DNA of 25,759 nucleotides from a virus (lineage: Duplodnaviria; Caudoviricetes): IMG/VR virus record IMGVR_UViG_3300044297_000116, positions 1-25,759 of that record. One strand, 5' to 3'. The translations under genes were made by a program, and so were the position numbers. Shown piece after piece: positions 1-8,187 of the stretch. Within the stretch, counting starts at the first letter, position 1. Every line of letters begins with the position of its first letter. The notes below the pieces were generated by a model that was not told where the DNA came from, ran no database searches, and saw only the letters and a program-made list of their open reading frames with translations.

Positions 1-1782
1 TTAAATATTACTTGGGATTTTGATACTACGCTTGGACAAAATTCATATGCAACTAATTTTTTAATTCAATTTGTTGTTGGTGGAACAACATATTCTGTTA
101 AGTCGTATGCTGTAAATAAATCAGCTGCTAATCAATCTTATACATTAACTAGACTTGCAAATATTTCTTTATTCGGTACAGCAAAAACTTCTATTACAAC
201 AATATCGGTTGCTGCTGAGGATAATTATGGCAACATTGGTTCTTCCGCAAGTATTTCTGGACCAACTTATTCAAATTCATTTACTGCTCCAACAATGAAT
301 TTATCTTCAATATCAACTGGATATTCTGTAAATATAACTAACACTGGTTCACAACCTGCAACTTTATCTGCAATTAGTATTGAAGAATATATATCTGATG
401 ATTTAACTGAACCTACGGGTGTAACTTACACACAAGTTTCATCAACAATAATCAATCCAGCAAATATTATTAGATCAAGTTATTCAAAGAGATGGGTTAA
501 AGCAAGATTTGTTGATGAAATTGGTTCTTATGGACCATACTGTGCTGCACAAGCAGTAACGCCAACAAGTCCAGTTACAGCAGATGTAACTGGACCAGAC
601 AATGTTGCTTCGGTTACAACAAGTGGTGGAATTGATACTACTGGATATTTAGGGTTCAATGCTTATGCAGACATTTCTTGGCAAGCAGTAACTGGTGGAG
701 GAATTCGTGGGTATAGAATTAGATTTAGTAATGATAATGGAACAACATATTCTTATGTAGATTCCCCAGGAACTGGAACAACATATAGATTAGGTGGACT
801 AGCCGTTGGTTCAACTTATAAAATAGCAGTTGCCACGTATGACGAATATAATAATACATCAACTCAATATGTTGCTGGAGCAGACGTAACTGTTACTGGT
901 ACACCTTCAGTTTCAAATTATATTACAGCAGGTAACTTTCAATTTGGATATGGAGTTGGATCTGTATCAACAAATAAAGGTTTGTATTTTGATTCTAGTA
1001 ATTATTGGTATATTAATGCATCTAATAGTGCAAGATTAAAAGTTGGAGGCACTTCAAGTAATTATTTGTTGTGGGATGGAACTGATTTTACAGTAGATGG
1101 AAACATAACCGCTAGAGGAGGAAGTTTTTCTGGAAATGTTGCACTAACAACATCTGGAGCTTCTATTTATAATGGTGATGTCATAACAACTCCAGGAAGT
1201 TTAACGGGCGACGGTTTTATTTTTAATAAAGATGGAATAGTCATTAAAAAAGGATCTAATGCTATAACATTAGATGTAACTTTAGGAACTATTACAGCTA
1301 ATAGTGTTAATTTAACTGGAAAAATAAGTGCTATAAAAACTTCGGTATCAGATACAACTAATGGTGGATATTATTTAGATAGCACGGGAGCAGCAATTGT
1401 TGGAGATAGTACTGCTTATTTTCAATACGATAAAACAAATCATACTATTAATTTAACAACTTCATATATTAGAACTTCTGGCGGAGAAGCAGCATATAAT
1501 GGTGCTTCTCAAATATCTTTAGGTGCAAATGGAACTCAAATTTATGGAATCCCAATTCAAGGAGATCAATCTAGTGTTTCTGGAGGAGGTTCTGCAAATA
1601 TAATTAATTATACTTATGCACATTATCAAAATGCTTCATCTCTCGGAGCATATCCAAGACAAAGAACACTTGTAGAAGATCCTGTAACTGGATTAGTAAA
1701 AGTTGGTTTGGGTGTATATTATGGAACTGGAATTACTCCATCTTCTGGGGGATATATCGGAGATCTTTGGGTAGTGTATTAA
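1..1782 (+). CDS. Minor tail / tail fibre protein with fibronectin type III-like domains (5' truncated by window edge)
   Basis: Frame 1 is open from base 1 (LNITWDFDTT...) into the 295..1782 ORF. FN3-like motif ISWQAV...GYRIRFS...YRLGGLAVGSTYKIAVATYD; S/T/G-rich beta-strand C-terminal half; ends with the tail-type motif GGYIGDLWVVY. Confidence 0.75.
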   Translation, partial: LNITWDFDTTLGQNSYATNFLIQFVVGGTTYSVKSYAVNKSAANQSYTLTRLANISLFGTAKTSITTISVAAEDNYGNIGSSASISGPTYSNSFTAPTMNLSSISTGYSVNITNTGSQPATLSAISIEEYISDDLTEPTGVTYTQVSSTIINPANIIRSSYSKRWVKARFVDEIGSYGPYCAAQAVTPTSPVTADVTGPDNVASVTTSGGIDTTGYLGFNAYADISWQAVTGGGIRGYRIRFSNDNGTTYSYVDSPGTGTTYRLGGLAVGSTYKIAVATYDEYNNTSTQYVAGADVTVTGTPSVSNYITAGNFQFGYGVGSVSTNKGLYFDSSNYWYINASNSARLKVGGTSSNYLLWDGTDFTVDGNITARGGSFSGNVALTTSGASIYNGDVITTPGSLTGDGFIFNKDGIVIKKGSNAITLDVTLGTITANSVNLTGKISAIKTSVSDTTNGGYYLDSTGAAIVGDSTAYFQYDKTNHTINLTTSYIRTSGGEAAYNGASQISLGANGTQIYGIPIQGDQSSVSGGGSANIINYTYAHYQNASSLGAYPRQRTLVEDPVTGLVKVGLGVYYGTGITPSSGGYIGDLWVVY

Positions 1783-1783
1783 T

Positions 1784-3565
1784 ATGCCACTTTATGTAAA
1801 AAATGGAGATGGTAATTGGGTTCCCGCATTATCTTTTTGGGTAAAAACAGCATCAAATACTTGGTCACCAATTCAAAAAGCATATGTAAAAGTAGGAAAT
1901 TTATGGAGAAGATTTTTTCCAACAGTAACTGTCGCACCAGTTCAAATATCTGCTCCCATATTATCTGGCGACGCAAAAGCAACAACAGACCTGTCAGTAA
2001 CATCTGGTGAATATGATTCATACCTTAGTATAACTACTAGAATTGCATATTCCACTTCTGCATCAAGCTTTGTAGACTCTGTTTCTGGAAGTTCATCTTC
2101 ATCCTTTCCAACATCAGTACAAACAAGTCCTTATACAGTTCAATACGCAGACGCATCAACAATAGATGGTCACACTTCATATTATTATGCTGCGGTAGAT
2201 AGAGTTCAATGGTCAGTAGATAGTAAGTATTATTTTTTCTATAGTACAAATGTAAGATCCTATATACTTCCTTCAGTATCAACTCCACTTCTATATAATG
2301 CAACCACAACTGGATTTGATATTTTATGGGTGGGAAATCCAAGTTATGGAGGAAATGATTATTTTACTAATTCAGAAATACAAATATATAAAACATCAGA
2401 TAATTCATTAGTTACTACAATTTCATTACCAGCAAATAATCCTTATACCTGGACTGGGGGATCTTATTCTACATCTTATTATGTTAAAGTTAAGGTTACT
2501 GCAAAAGATTCAGCATTAACTTCAGTAACATCTTCGGCAAGTAGTTCAATAAGCACCCTATCTCCTCCAACACTTTCAGATCCTACGGGAATAATGGTCT
2601 GGACATATAATCCATATTTAGGAACATTTACAATTAATTGGAATGCAGTATCAAATGCAACCAGTTATGATTGGATAGTACAATCAACAGATGCTTCATA
2701 TTTTAATTCTGGAACTGTATATACAAATAGTTTTACTATAACTGGTGGTATATCTGGATCTTATCCAAATGAATTAGCATTAGGTGTACCAAATAATAAA
2801 ACATTACAAGTTTATATACAAGCAAAAGCCTCTGGATATATCTCAAGTAATTTAACTCAGATGAGTCCAAATTATTCAACAGGAGATTTACCTGCAAGAC
2901 CTTCTAATTATAATACCTCAACAACATCAAGTTCTTTAACTGTAAATTCATTTACAGGAGGATCTACTTATAAAATTGTTTATTTGTATAACTATGCATC
3001 AATTTTTTCAGATGTATCTTATTATGCATCAAGTACATTTAATGTAACTACAACACAAACTTTTACATCTCTTCCCGCTGGAACGGTATGGGAGCCAAGA
3101 GTTTGGGGAACATCTTTAGGTGTTTCAAGTGGAGTTCCAACTTGGTATCTAGGCTCAGGCTATACCTATGCAGATTACTGGTCCACTCTAGCAACTGCAG
3201 CACCAGGATCAGTAGCAACTACAGTAAATGTAAATTATCAATTATTAAGTAGTTTTACTGCAAGATTTAATTGGACATTCGTTCCAAGTAGTTTGCCCAC
3301 ACAAACGCAATGGTTTTGGGTACAATATTTTTCTTGGAATGGATCATCTTGGGTATATTCAAATGGATATTTTTATAGAGTAGACGGAAGTAATTTAAGT
3401 TTAGATCCATCCCATAGCACTGGAAGAGGATCAATATCTTCAATAAGTGGCAATGCTGTTGTAGATAGAGCTACATACTGGCTTGCAGAAGTGTATTCAT
3501 ATAATTATGATGGATCATCACAAAACTATACATATTTAAACGGTAGTTATGTATACATCCCATAA
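1784..3565 (+). CDS. Putative tail-associated / receptor-binding protein with tandem FN3-like beta-sandwich domains
   Basis: 593 aa, S/T/Y/W-rich. N-terminal repeated YVK-x-G-x-W motifs; FN3-like segments (TINWNAVSNATSYDW, FTSLPAGTVWEPRVWG). Starts 1 nt after the stop of the tail gene. Confidence 0.6.
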   Translation: MPLYVKNGDGNWVPALSFWVKTASNTWSPIQKAYVKVGNLWRRFFPTVTVAPVQISAPILSGDAKATTDLSVTSGEYDSYLSITTRIAYSTSASSFVDSVSGSSSSSFPTSVQTSPYTVQYADASTIDGHTSYYYAAVDRVQWSVDSKYYFFYSTNVRSYILPSVSTPLLYNATTTGFDILWVGNPSYGGNDYFTNSEIQIYKTSDNSLVTTISLPANNPYTWTGGSYSTSYYVKVKVTAKDSALTSVTSSASSSISTLSPPTLSDPTGIMVWTYNPYLGTFTINWNAVSNATSYDWIVQSTDASYFNSGTVYTNSFTITGGISGSYPNELALGVPNNKTLQVYIQAKASGYISSNLTQMSPNYSTGDLPARPSNYNTSTTSSSLTVNSFTGGSTYKIVYLYNYASIFSDVSYYASSTFNVTTTQTFTSLPAGTVWEPRVWGTSLGVSSGVPTWYLGSGYTYADYWSTLATAAPGSVATTVNVNYQLLSSFTARFNWTFVPSSLPTQTQWFWVQYFSWNGSSWVYSNGYFYRVDGSNLSLDPSHSTGRGSISSISGNAVVDRATYWLAEVYSYNYDGSSQNYTYLNGSYVYIP

Positions 3566-3571
3566 AAATAA

Positions 3572-3580
3572 TGATATAAT
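3572..3580 (+). promoter_or_regulatory. Extended -10 promoter TGATATAAT
   Basis: Perfect TGnTATAAT in a short intergenic gap, followed by an AAGGAG RBS and ATG 3597. Confidence 0.65.
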
Positions 3581-3596
3581 AATATGAAGGAGAAAA

Positions 3597-3863
3597 ATGT
3601 TAACAGATAATGAAAAAGCAGCAATTATTAAAGCACATCTTAGAAATATAGAAGCTAATAAGTATAATGTAGAACTTTCTATAAAAGAAGAAAATGCTTT
3701 AGAAAATCCAAATGATGATGTATTAACATCTCTTAATCAAAGAATGTCTAGTTTTCAAGCACAGGTAGATTCTTTAGAAGAAGAGTTGTCAAAATTAAAT
3801 GTTACAGAAGAAAATACACCTATTCCAGGAGTTCCTACTAGTCAATCAGCTCCAGGAGCTTAA
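3597..3863 (+). CDS. Small acidic coiled-coil hypothetical protein
   Basis: 88 aa, strong AAGGAG RBS, heptad pattern. Confidence 0.7.
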   Translation: MLTDNEKAAIIKAHLRNIEANKYNVELSIKEENALENPNDDVLTSLNQRMSSFQAQVDSLEEELSKLNVTEENTPIPGVPTSQSAPGA

Positions 3864-4049
3864 GTGGATAAAACAGAACTAATTATTACTGCTCTGCAGC
3901 AAAGAATTGGCGACCTTGTAGAAAACTATGAATTACAAATTGCTATTTTAAGAGCAGAATTAACTCAATTAACTCAAGAAATAAATCAAAAACAAATAGA
4001 AACAGAACAATATACCGAAGATTTGATATCAAAGATATCAAATAGTTGA
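3864..4049 (+). CDS. Small coiled-coil hypothetical protein
   Basis: GTG start directly after the upstream TAA, GGAG upstream; heptad pattern (LQQRIGDLVENYELQIAILRAELTQL). Confidence 0.65.
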   Translation: MDKTELIITALQQRIGDLVENYELQIAILRAELTQLTQEINQKQIETEQYTEDLISKISNS

Positions 4050-4074
4050 CATATAAAAAGTATATTGAGATAAT
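4046..4074 (+). promoter_or_regulatory. Sigma70/SigA-type promoter TTGACA-N17-GATAAT with extended TG
   Basis: TTGACA 4046-4051, 17-nt spacer, TG at 4066-4067, GATAAT 4069-4074; lies upstream of the phosphoesterase gene. Confidence 0.7.
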
Positions 4075-4099
4075 ATACTAAATAGTCGAAAGGTATTAA

Positions 4100-4912
4100 T
4101 TGACAAACGATCTTAAATGGATGATATCGTCTGATCAACAATTCCCATATCAAGATAATAAAGCAATTCACTTATGGTTTGAAGTAATGAAATGGTTTAA
4201 ACCAGATGTAGTTGATTATGCGGGAGACACTGATGATCAAGCATGTTATAGTAAATACACAGATAGTCTTCCATCAGAATTTTTAAAAATGCATAAAGAT
4301 GCAAATGGAGAATCAATAGTTCCATTGATACAGCATGAAGCAAAAGCAGCAGCTGAATTTTATGCGCAAACAAGAGATATAGTAGGAAGTGACACGCAAT
4401 TATTTAGTGCGCTTGGAAATCATGATATAAGAATATTTGATTATCTAGAGAAAAAACTTCCTGACTATATTGAACAGGTAACCCCAGAAACCTTATGGGG
4501 ATTGGATTCGTTGGGATATGAATATATATATTACAACGATTTGCCAAAGCAACGCTTTGGTGATATGCATATTCATCACGGAGTTGGTTTATCTCAAAAC
4601 GCAGGTGAATCAGTTCGCAAAGATGTAGAAAACTGGGGGATATCCTTAATCCGAGGACACTCTCATCGTGCTGGAACATTTTTTCAAACATATGAATTAA
4701 GAAACAACGGCAAGGGTGAGATATTAAGAGGATATGAACTTGGTCACATGAGTGATGAAAGAAGTACTGGCATGGGCTACACCAATGTTCATAATTGGCA
4801 AAAAGCATTTGCAATTGCACATATTGAAAATGGTGTATATCCTCACATTCAAATTATTGAAATAACGCCAGACTATACTTGCTATGTAGATGGCAAGAAA
4901 TTTACATTATAA
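4100..4912 (+). CDS. Calcineurin-like metallophosphoesterase
   Basis: Motifs SDQQ (DxH variant), GDTDD, GNHD, HHG and GHSH in canonical order; TTG start after GAAAGG. Confidence 0.85.
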   Translation: MTNDLKWMISSDQQFPYQDNKAIHLWFEVMKWFKPDVVDYAGDTDDQACYSKYTDSLPSEFLKMHKDANGESIVPLIQHEAKAAAEFYAQTRDIVGSDTQLFSALGNHDIRIFDYLEKKLPDYIEQVTPETLWGLDSLGYEYIYYNDLPKQRFGDMHIHHGVGLSQNAGESVRKDVENWGISLIRGHSHRAGTFFQTYELRNNGKGEILRGYELGHMSDERSTGMGYTNVHNWQKAFAIAHIENGVYPHIQIIEITPDYTCYVDGKKFTL

Positions 4913-4922
4913 GGAGAAATAA

Positions 4923-5114
4923 ATGAACAAGCAAATTCAAGCAATCGTTGCTTCATATTTGCGTACCGCAGTATCAGCAGCAGTTGCTATGTATATGGCT
5001 GGACACACAGATCCAAAAGATATTGCAACAGCAGCCTTAGCATCAGTTCTCGGACCTTTGTCTCGTGCAATTAATCCAAAGGACAATGCTTTTGGTATTG
5101 GGGCAAAGAAGTAG
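4923..5114 (+). CDS. Small membrane protein, putative holin
   Basis: 63 aa, two Ala-rich hydrophobic helices separated by TDPKD, basic C-terminus, AAGGAG RBS. Confidence 0.5.
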   Translation: MNKQIQAIVASYLRTAVSAAVAMYMAGHTDPKDIATAALASVLGPLSRAINPKDNAFGIGAKK

Positions 5115-5125
5115 GCAATTGTTAA

Positions 5126-5314
5126 ATGATGACCTGCAAACGATGTAATGGCAGAGTCTTCATAGACCGTGTTTTTTCTCAAAAACTTAGAATAGAATTA
5201 TTCTGTGTTTGTTGTGGTAAAAGATGGTTTGTTAAAAAAGATGGAAATTTATTTGGGACATGGTTAAACAAGATAGAGAAAAAGTTAAACGCAGAATACT
5301 GTATTTCTATTTAA
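5126..5314 (+). CDS. Zinc-ribbon protein
   Basis: CKRC...CVCCG cysteine pairs in 62 aa. Confidence 0.65.
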   Translation: MMTCKRCNGRVFIDRVFSQKLRIELFCVCCGKRWFVKKDGNLFGTWLNKIEKKLNAEYCISI

Positions 5315-5775
5315 ATGAAGCTTTACATAGAATACTCCAAATAAATCGTTCTGAAGATTTAATGATTGCATATAATTTTGTTGAGGGTAAGCGTGTTGCT
5401 TACAATTATACTGACGTACAAAAAAATAAGAAACACGCTTATTCTATTTCTGAAGTAGCAAAATTAATTAATAGACATGTTGATACTATTAAAAGACACT
5501 TAAGATCTGGAGATATAAAAAAACCTCAGCAAGCTTATTCACTAGAAGATAAAACAAAATTAGGTAGATATTATTTTAGTGATAAAGATATTAAAGACAT
5601 CAGAGACTTTTTTAAAACTGTTCATATTGGAAGACCTAGAATTGATGGACAAATAACTGCAAGCAATATTCCATCAAAAGCAGAATTGGATGCTATGTTA
5701 AGAAATGAAACCGTATTATATGTTAAAGGAACAAACGGAGACTTTGTTCCAGTTTGGAAACAACCAGAATGGTAG
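5260..5775 (+). CDS. Helix-turn-helix (MerR/excisionase-like) DNA-binding protein
   Basis: YSISEVAKLINRHVDTIKRHLRSGDI...GRYYFSDKDI fits a MerR-type winged HTH. Confidence 0.75.
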   Translation: MVKQDREKVKRRILYFYLNEALHRILQINRSEDLMIAYNFVEGKRVAYNYTDVQKNKKHAYSISEVAKLINRHVDTIKRHLRSGDIKKPQQAYSLEDKTKLGRYYFSDKDIKDIRDFFKTVHIGRPRIDGQITASNIPSKAELDAMLRNETVLYVKGTNGDFVPVWKQPEW

Positions 5776-6008
5776 ATAATAAATTAAATAAAGAAGCAAA
5801 ACATGCATTAAATGTTGCTTTGCAAGTTTTAGAACACGCTATGGAACTTGCCATGGAAAAAGAAGAACTTGATATAATGATTGCTATAGCAGATAGATTA
5901 ATGATTTTATATCAACATTTATCTGATAAAAATATTAAAAAGTTTAAAACTGGGTTTTCTTTAGTAGAGCAAAAAAGAGAAGAGAAGGACATTGACGAAT
6001 CAGACTAA
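5769..6008 (+). CDS. Hypothetical helical protein
   Basis: ORF in an overlapping chain; ATG 5769 overlapping the upstream stop is preferred to the track start 5754. Confidence 0.6.
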   Translation: MVDNKLNKEAKHALNVALQVLEHAMELAMEKEELDIMIAIADRLMILYQHLSDKNIKKFKTGFSLVEQKREEKDIDESD

Positions 6009-6216
6009 TGTAAGAGTAGAATTACAATTTACTCGAAATCTTGGTAATTTTGAAAGCGTTAAAGTATCTTTAGGTATAGAGGACTGGGTGCGTGAAGGAG
6101 AAAATACTAATACCGCAACTGATCGTGTATATAAATTTGTTGAAAATAAACTTATAGAAAAAGTAAATGAAATAGAAGCAGAAGTTAGAGGAAAGACCAA
6201 TGGCAGAAGAAGCTAA
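5992..6216 (+). CDS. Hypothetical phage protein (TRNLGNFES motif)
   Basis: TTG start after GAAGGA; translationally coupled to its neighbours; small alpha/beta protein upstream of the helicase. Confidence 0.7.
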   Translation: MTNQTNVRVELQFTRNLGNFESVKVSLGIEDWVREGENTNTATDRVYKFVENKLIEKVNEIEAEVRGKTNGRRS

Positions 6217-6529
6217 GCAAGCATATGCATTAGTATCTTTATACATTAGTCTTTTTCAATCTAAATATAATAGACAGCCTGTTGTTAACAGATATCGTGA
6301 AAAGTGGGCAATGCAAGATGTAATTGACACTGTTGGCTATGAAAGAAGTAGAGAATTAATAGAATATTATTTTAAATGTAACAAAGTAGGACACCCGCTA
6401 AATTGGTTTTTATATAACTTTGACAGACTTGATGATGTTCTGGTAAAATCTGAAGAAGATGTTGAACGAAGAAAAAAAATGCGTGAGCAAACTAAATATT
6501 TAGTAGAACAGGAATTGAATGAATACTGA
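6200..6529 (+). CDS. Hypothetical protein, possible helicase loader / replication accessory
   Basis: 109 aa helical ORF overlapping the helicase start; function inferred from position only. Confidence 0.6.
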   Translation: MAEEAKQAYALVSLYISLFQSKYNRQPVVNRYREKWAMQDVIDTVGYERSRELIEYYFKCNKVGHPLNWFLYNFDRLDDVLVKSEEDVERRKKMREQTKYLVEQELNEY

Positions 6530-7748
6530 GGCAGCCCTATTATCTGCTGTATGTAAGAATAAAGATATTGCTACTGTTTTAACAGATAACGTAGATGATA
6601 TTTTTATTTCTCACCGTGATGTGTGGGAAGGATTAAAATCTTACTATTTAAAGTTTAGAGCAGTGCCAGATGTGTCAGTATTGCAAGAAAAGTTTGATGA
6701 CTTTGAACCAGAATCTGTAAGTGGAGAAACTGGTTATTATTTAGATAGTTTAAAAAATGAATTTTTAACTTCACAGATTAAAGACATTTTAATTAGAAAT
6801 GGATCTAATTTAAAAAACAATTCTGCCAAGCGTGTTCTTTTAGATATGCAGTCAGATTTATATAAATTAGCTAGAATGACTGGCGAAGTCCGAGATATTG
6901 ATTTAACTGATTTTACCCTTGCCGAAGAACATTTTGAAGCCGTAAGGCAAAGGTCTGTTGTCATGGGTGGAAGCCCAGGAATTAAAACTGGATTTAAAGC
7001 CATAGACCTAGCATACCCCACAGGAATGGCTCCAGGCCACCTTATAGTGATGATTGGATGGCCTGGGAGGGGTAAGACATGGTTCTCCTCCTATCTGGCT
7101 TGTAAGGCTTGGGAGCAGGGCTTTAAGCCAATGATTATATCCCTAGAAATGTCTCCAGAAAATATGAGAGATAGAATTTATACCATAATGGGATCTGGAC
7201 TATTTAAAGCCTCAGATTTTTCTAGAGGTATGGTAAATTTAGATGATTTCCATAGTTGGGCGGAAAATAAATTTTCTGAAAAACAACAGTTTATTCTTAT
7301 ATCAAATGAAGGTCAAGGTCAAGTAACGCCAAATACAGTACAGGCAAAAATTGATCAGTATAAACCAGATTTAGTTATTCTTGATTATCATCAATTATTT
7401 AATGATGCATCTGGAGCAAAATCTGAAATTGAAAGAAATAGAAATATTTCTCGTGATTTTAAATTATTAGCAATGCGTAACAATATTCCTGTAATTGATA
7501 TCACAGCAGCAACAATGGATGATATTTCTGATCAAGAAACTCCTCCAATGATGAGTCAAGTTGCATGGTCTAAAGCAATTGAATATGATGCTGACGTTGC
7601 AATAGCAGTACATAAAAATCCTCAGACAAATATTATGGAAATTGTAAGTCGTAAAAATCGTCATGGAACTGATTTTGCTTTTTACCTTGATTGGGATTTA
7701 AATCGTGGAATTATGGAAGAAATTTATGAAATGGATATTCAACAATAA
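6519..7748 (+). CDS. dnaB: DnaB-like replicative DNA helicase
   Basis: IKTGFKAID, Walker A GWPGRGKT, ISLEM, Walker B LVILDYHQL, AIEYDAD and KNRHG motifs. Confidence 0.93.
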   Translation: MNTEAALLSAVCKNKDIATVLTDNVDDIFISHRDVWEGLKSYYLKFRAVPDVSVLQEKFDDFEPESVSGETGYYLDSLKNEFLTSQIKDILIRNGSNLKNNSAKRVLLDMQSDLYKLARMTGEVRDIDLTDFTLAEEHFEAVRQRSVVMGGSPGIKTGFKAIDLAYPTGMAPGHLIVMIGWPGRGKTWFSSYLACKAWEQGFKPMIISLEMSPENMRDRIYTIMGSGLFKASDFSRGMVNLDDFHSWAENKFSEKQQFILISNEGQGQVTPNTVQAKIDQYKPDLVILDYHQLFNDASGAKSEIERNRNISRDFKLLAMRNNIPVIDITAATMDDISDQETPPMMSQVAWSKAIEYDADVAIAVHKNPQTNIMEIVSRKNRHGTDFAFYLDWDLNRGIMEEIYEMDIQQ

Positions 7749-7774
7749 TTCTATGTAATATTGTTTATTTTTAG

Positions 7775-7780
7775 TATAAT
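7775..7780 (+). promoter_or_regulatory. Possible -10 promoter TATAAT
   Basis: AGTATAAT in the AT-rich gap after the helicase, followed by an AAGGTG RBS and ATG 7803. Confidence 0.4.
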
Positions 7781-7802
7781 TATCTTGTTGATAAGGTGTT
7801 TT

Positions 7803-8162
7803 ATGCTAAAAAGAAATATAAAAAGTTTTTTAATATCTGGTGTAATTAAAGATGATGCTGGAATTGGAAAAGCAAGAGAAATGTATGAAAGATTACTTTT
7901 ACAGGATATGCGAATGAAAGGCTATGTCCCAGTACTTGATCTAGAACCACAATTTTCAATTAAATATAATCATGAAAAAGATAATTATAGTTTCTTTTTA
8001 GAAATGTTTGGAGTATATCTTGGCAAAAAGAAGGCTCAAGAAATTGAAGGATTTTCAGGTCAACAATTTTTTAAAAGAAACACCATGGAAGCTATGAGTC
8101 CTCCGCCAGATTTTTCAGTTCAAATGAATCCACCTTATTTTCATAAAATACTAGACAACTAA
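7803..8162 (+). CDS. Hypothetical phage protein
   Basis: ATG 7803 follows AAGGTG and is preferred to track start 7761; lies between helicase and primase. Confidence 0.65.
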   Translation: MLKRNIKSFLISGVIKDDAGIGKAREMYERLLLQDMRMKGYVPVLDLEPQFSIKYNHEKDNYSFFLEMFGVYLGKKKAQEIEGFSGQQFFKRNTMEAMSPPPDFSVQMNPPYFHKILDN

Positions 8163-8181
8163 TAATTGACTCTGATATAAT
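8152..8181 (+). promoter_or_regulatory. Promoter TAGACA-N18-TATAAT with extended TG, likely driving a leaderless primase mRNA
   Basis: TGATATAAT 8173-8181, ATG 6 nt downstream, no SD sequence. Confidence 0.65.
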
Positions 8182-8187
8182 CTATAA

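Noticed and set aside
3597-4049. Tail assembly chaperone pair with programmed frameshift
   Set aside because: The two ORFs are in the same frame separated by TAA, no slippery heptamer is evident near the junction, and they are not upstream of a tape measure gene.
5870-5878. TGATATAAT inside ORF 5769..6008
   Set aside because: Intragenic and explained by the codons L-D-I-M; it cannot be supported as a promoter without TSS data.
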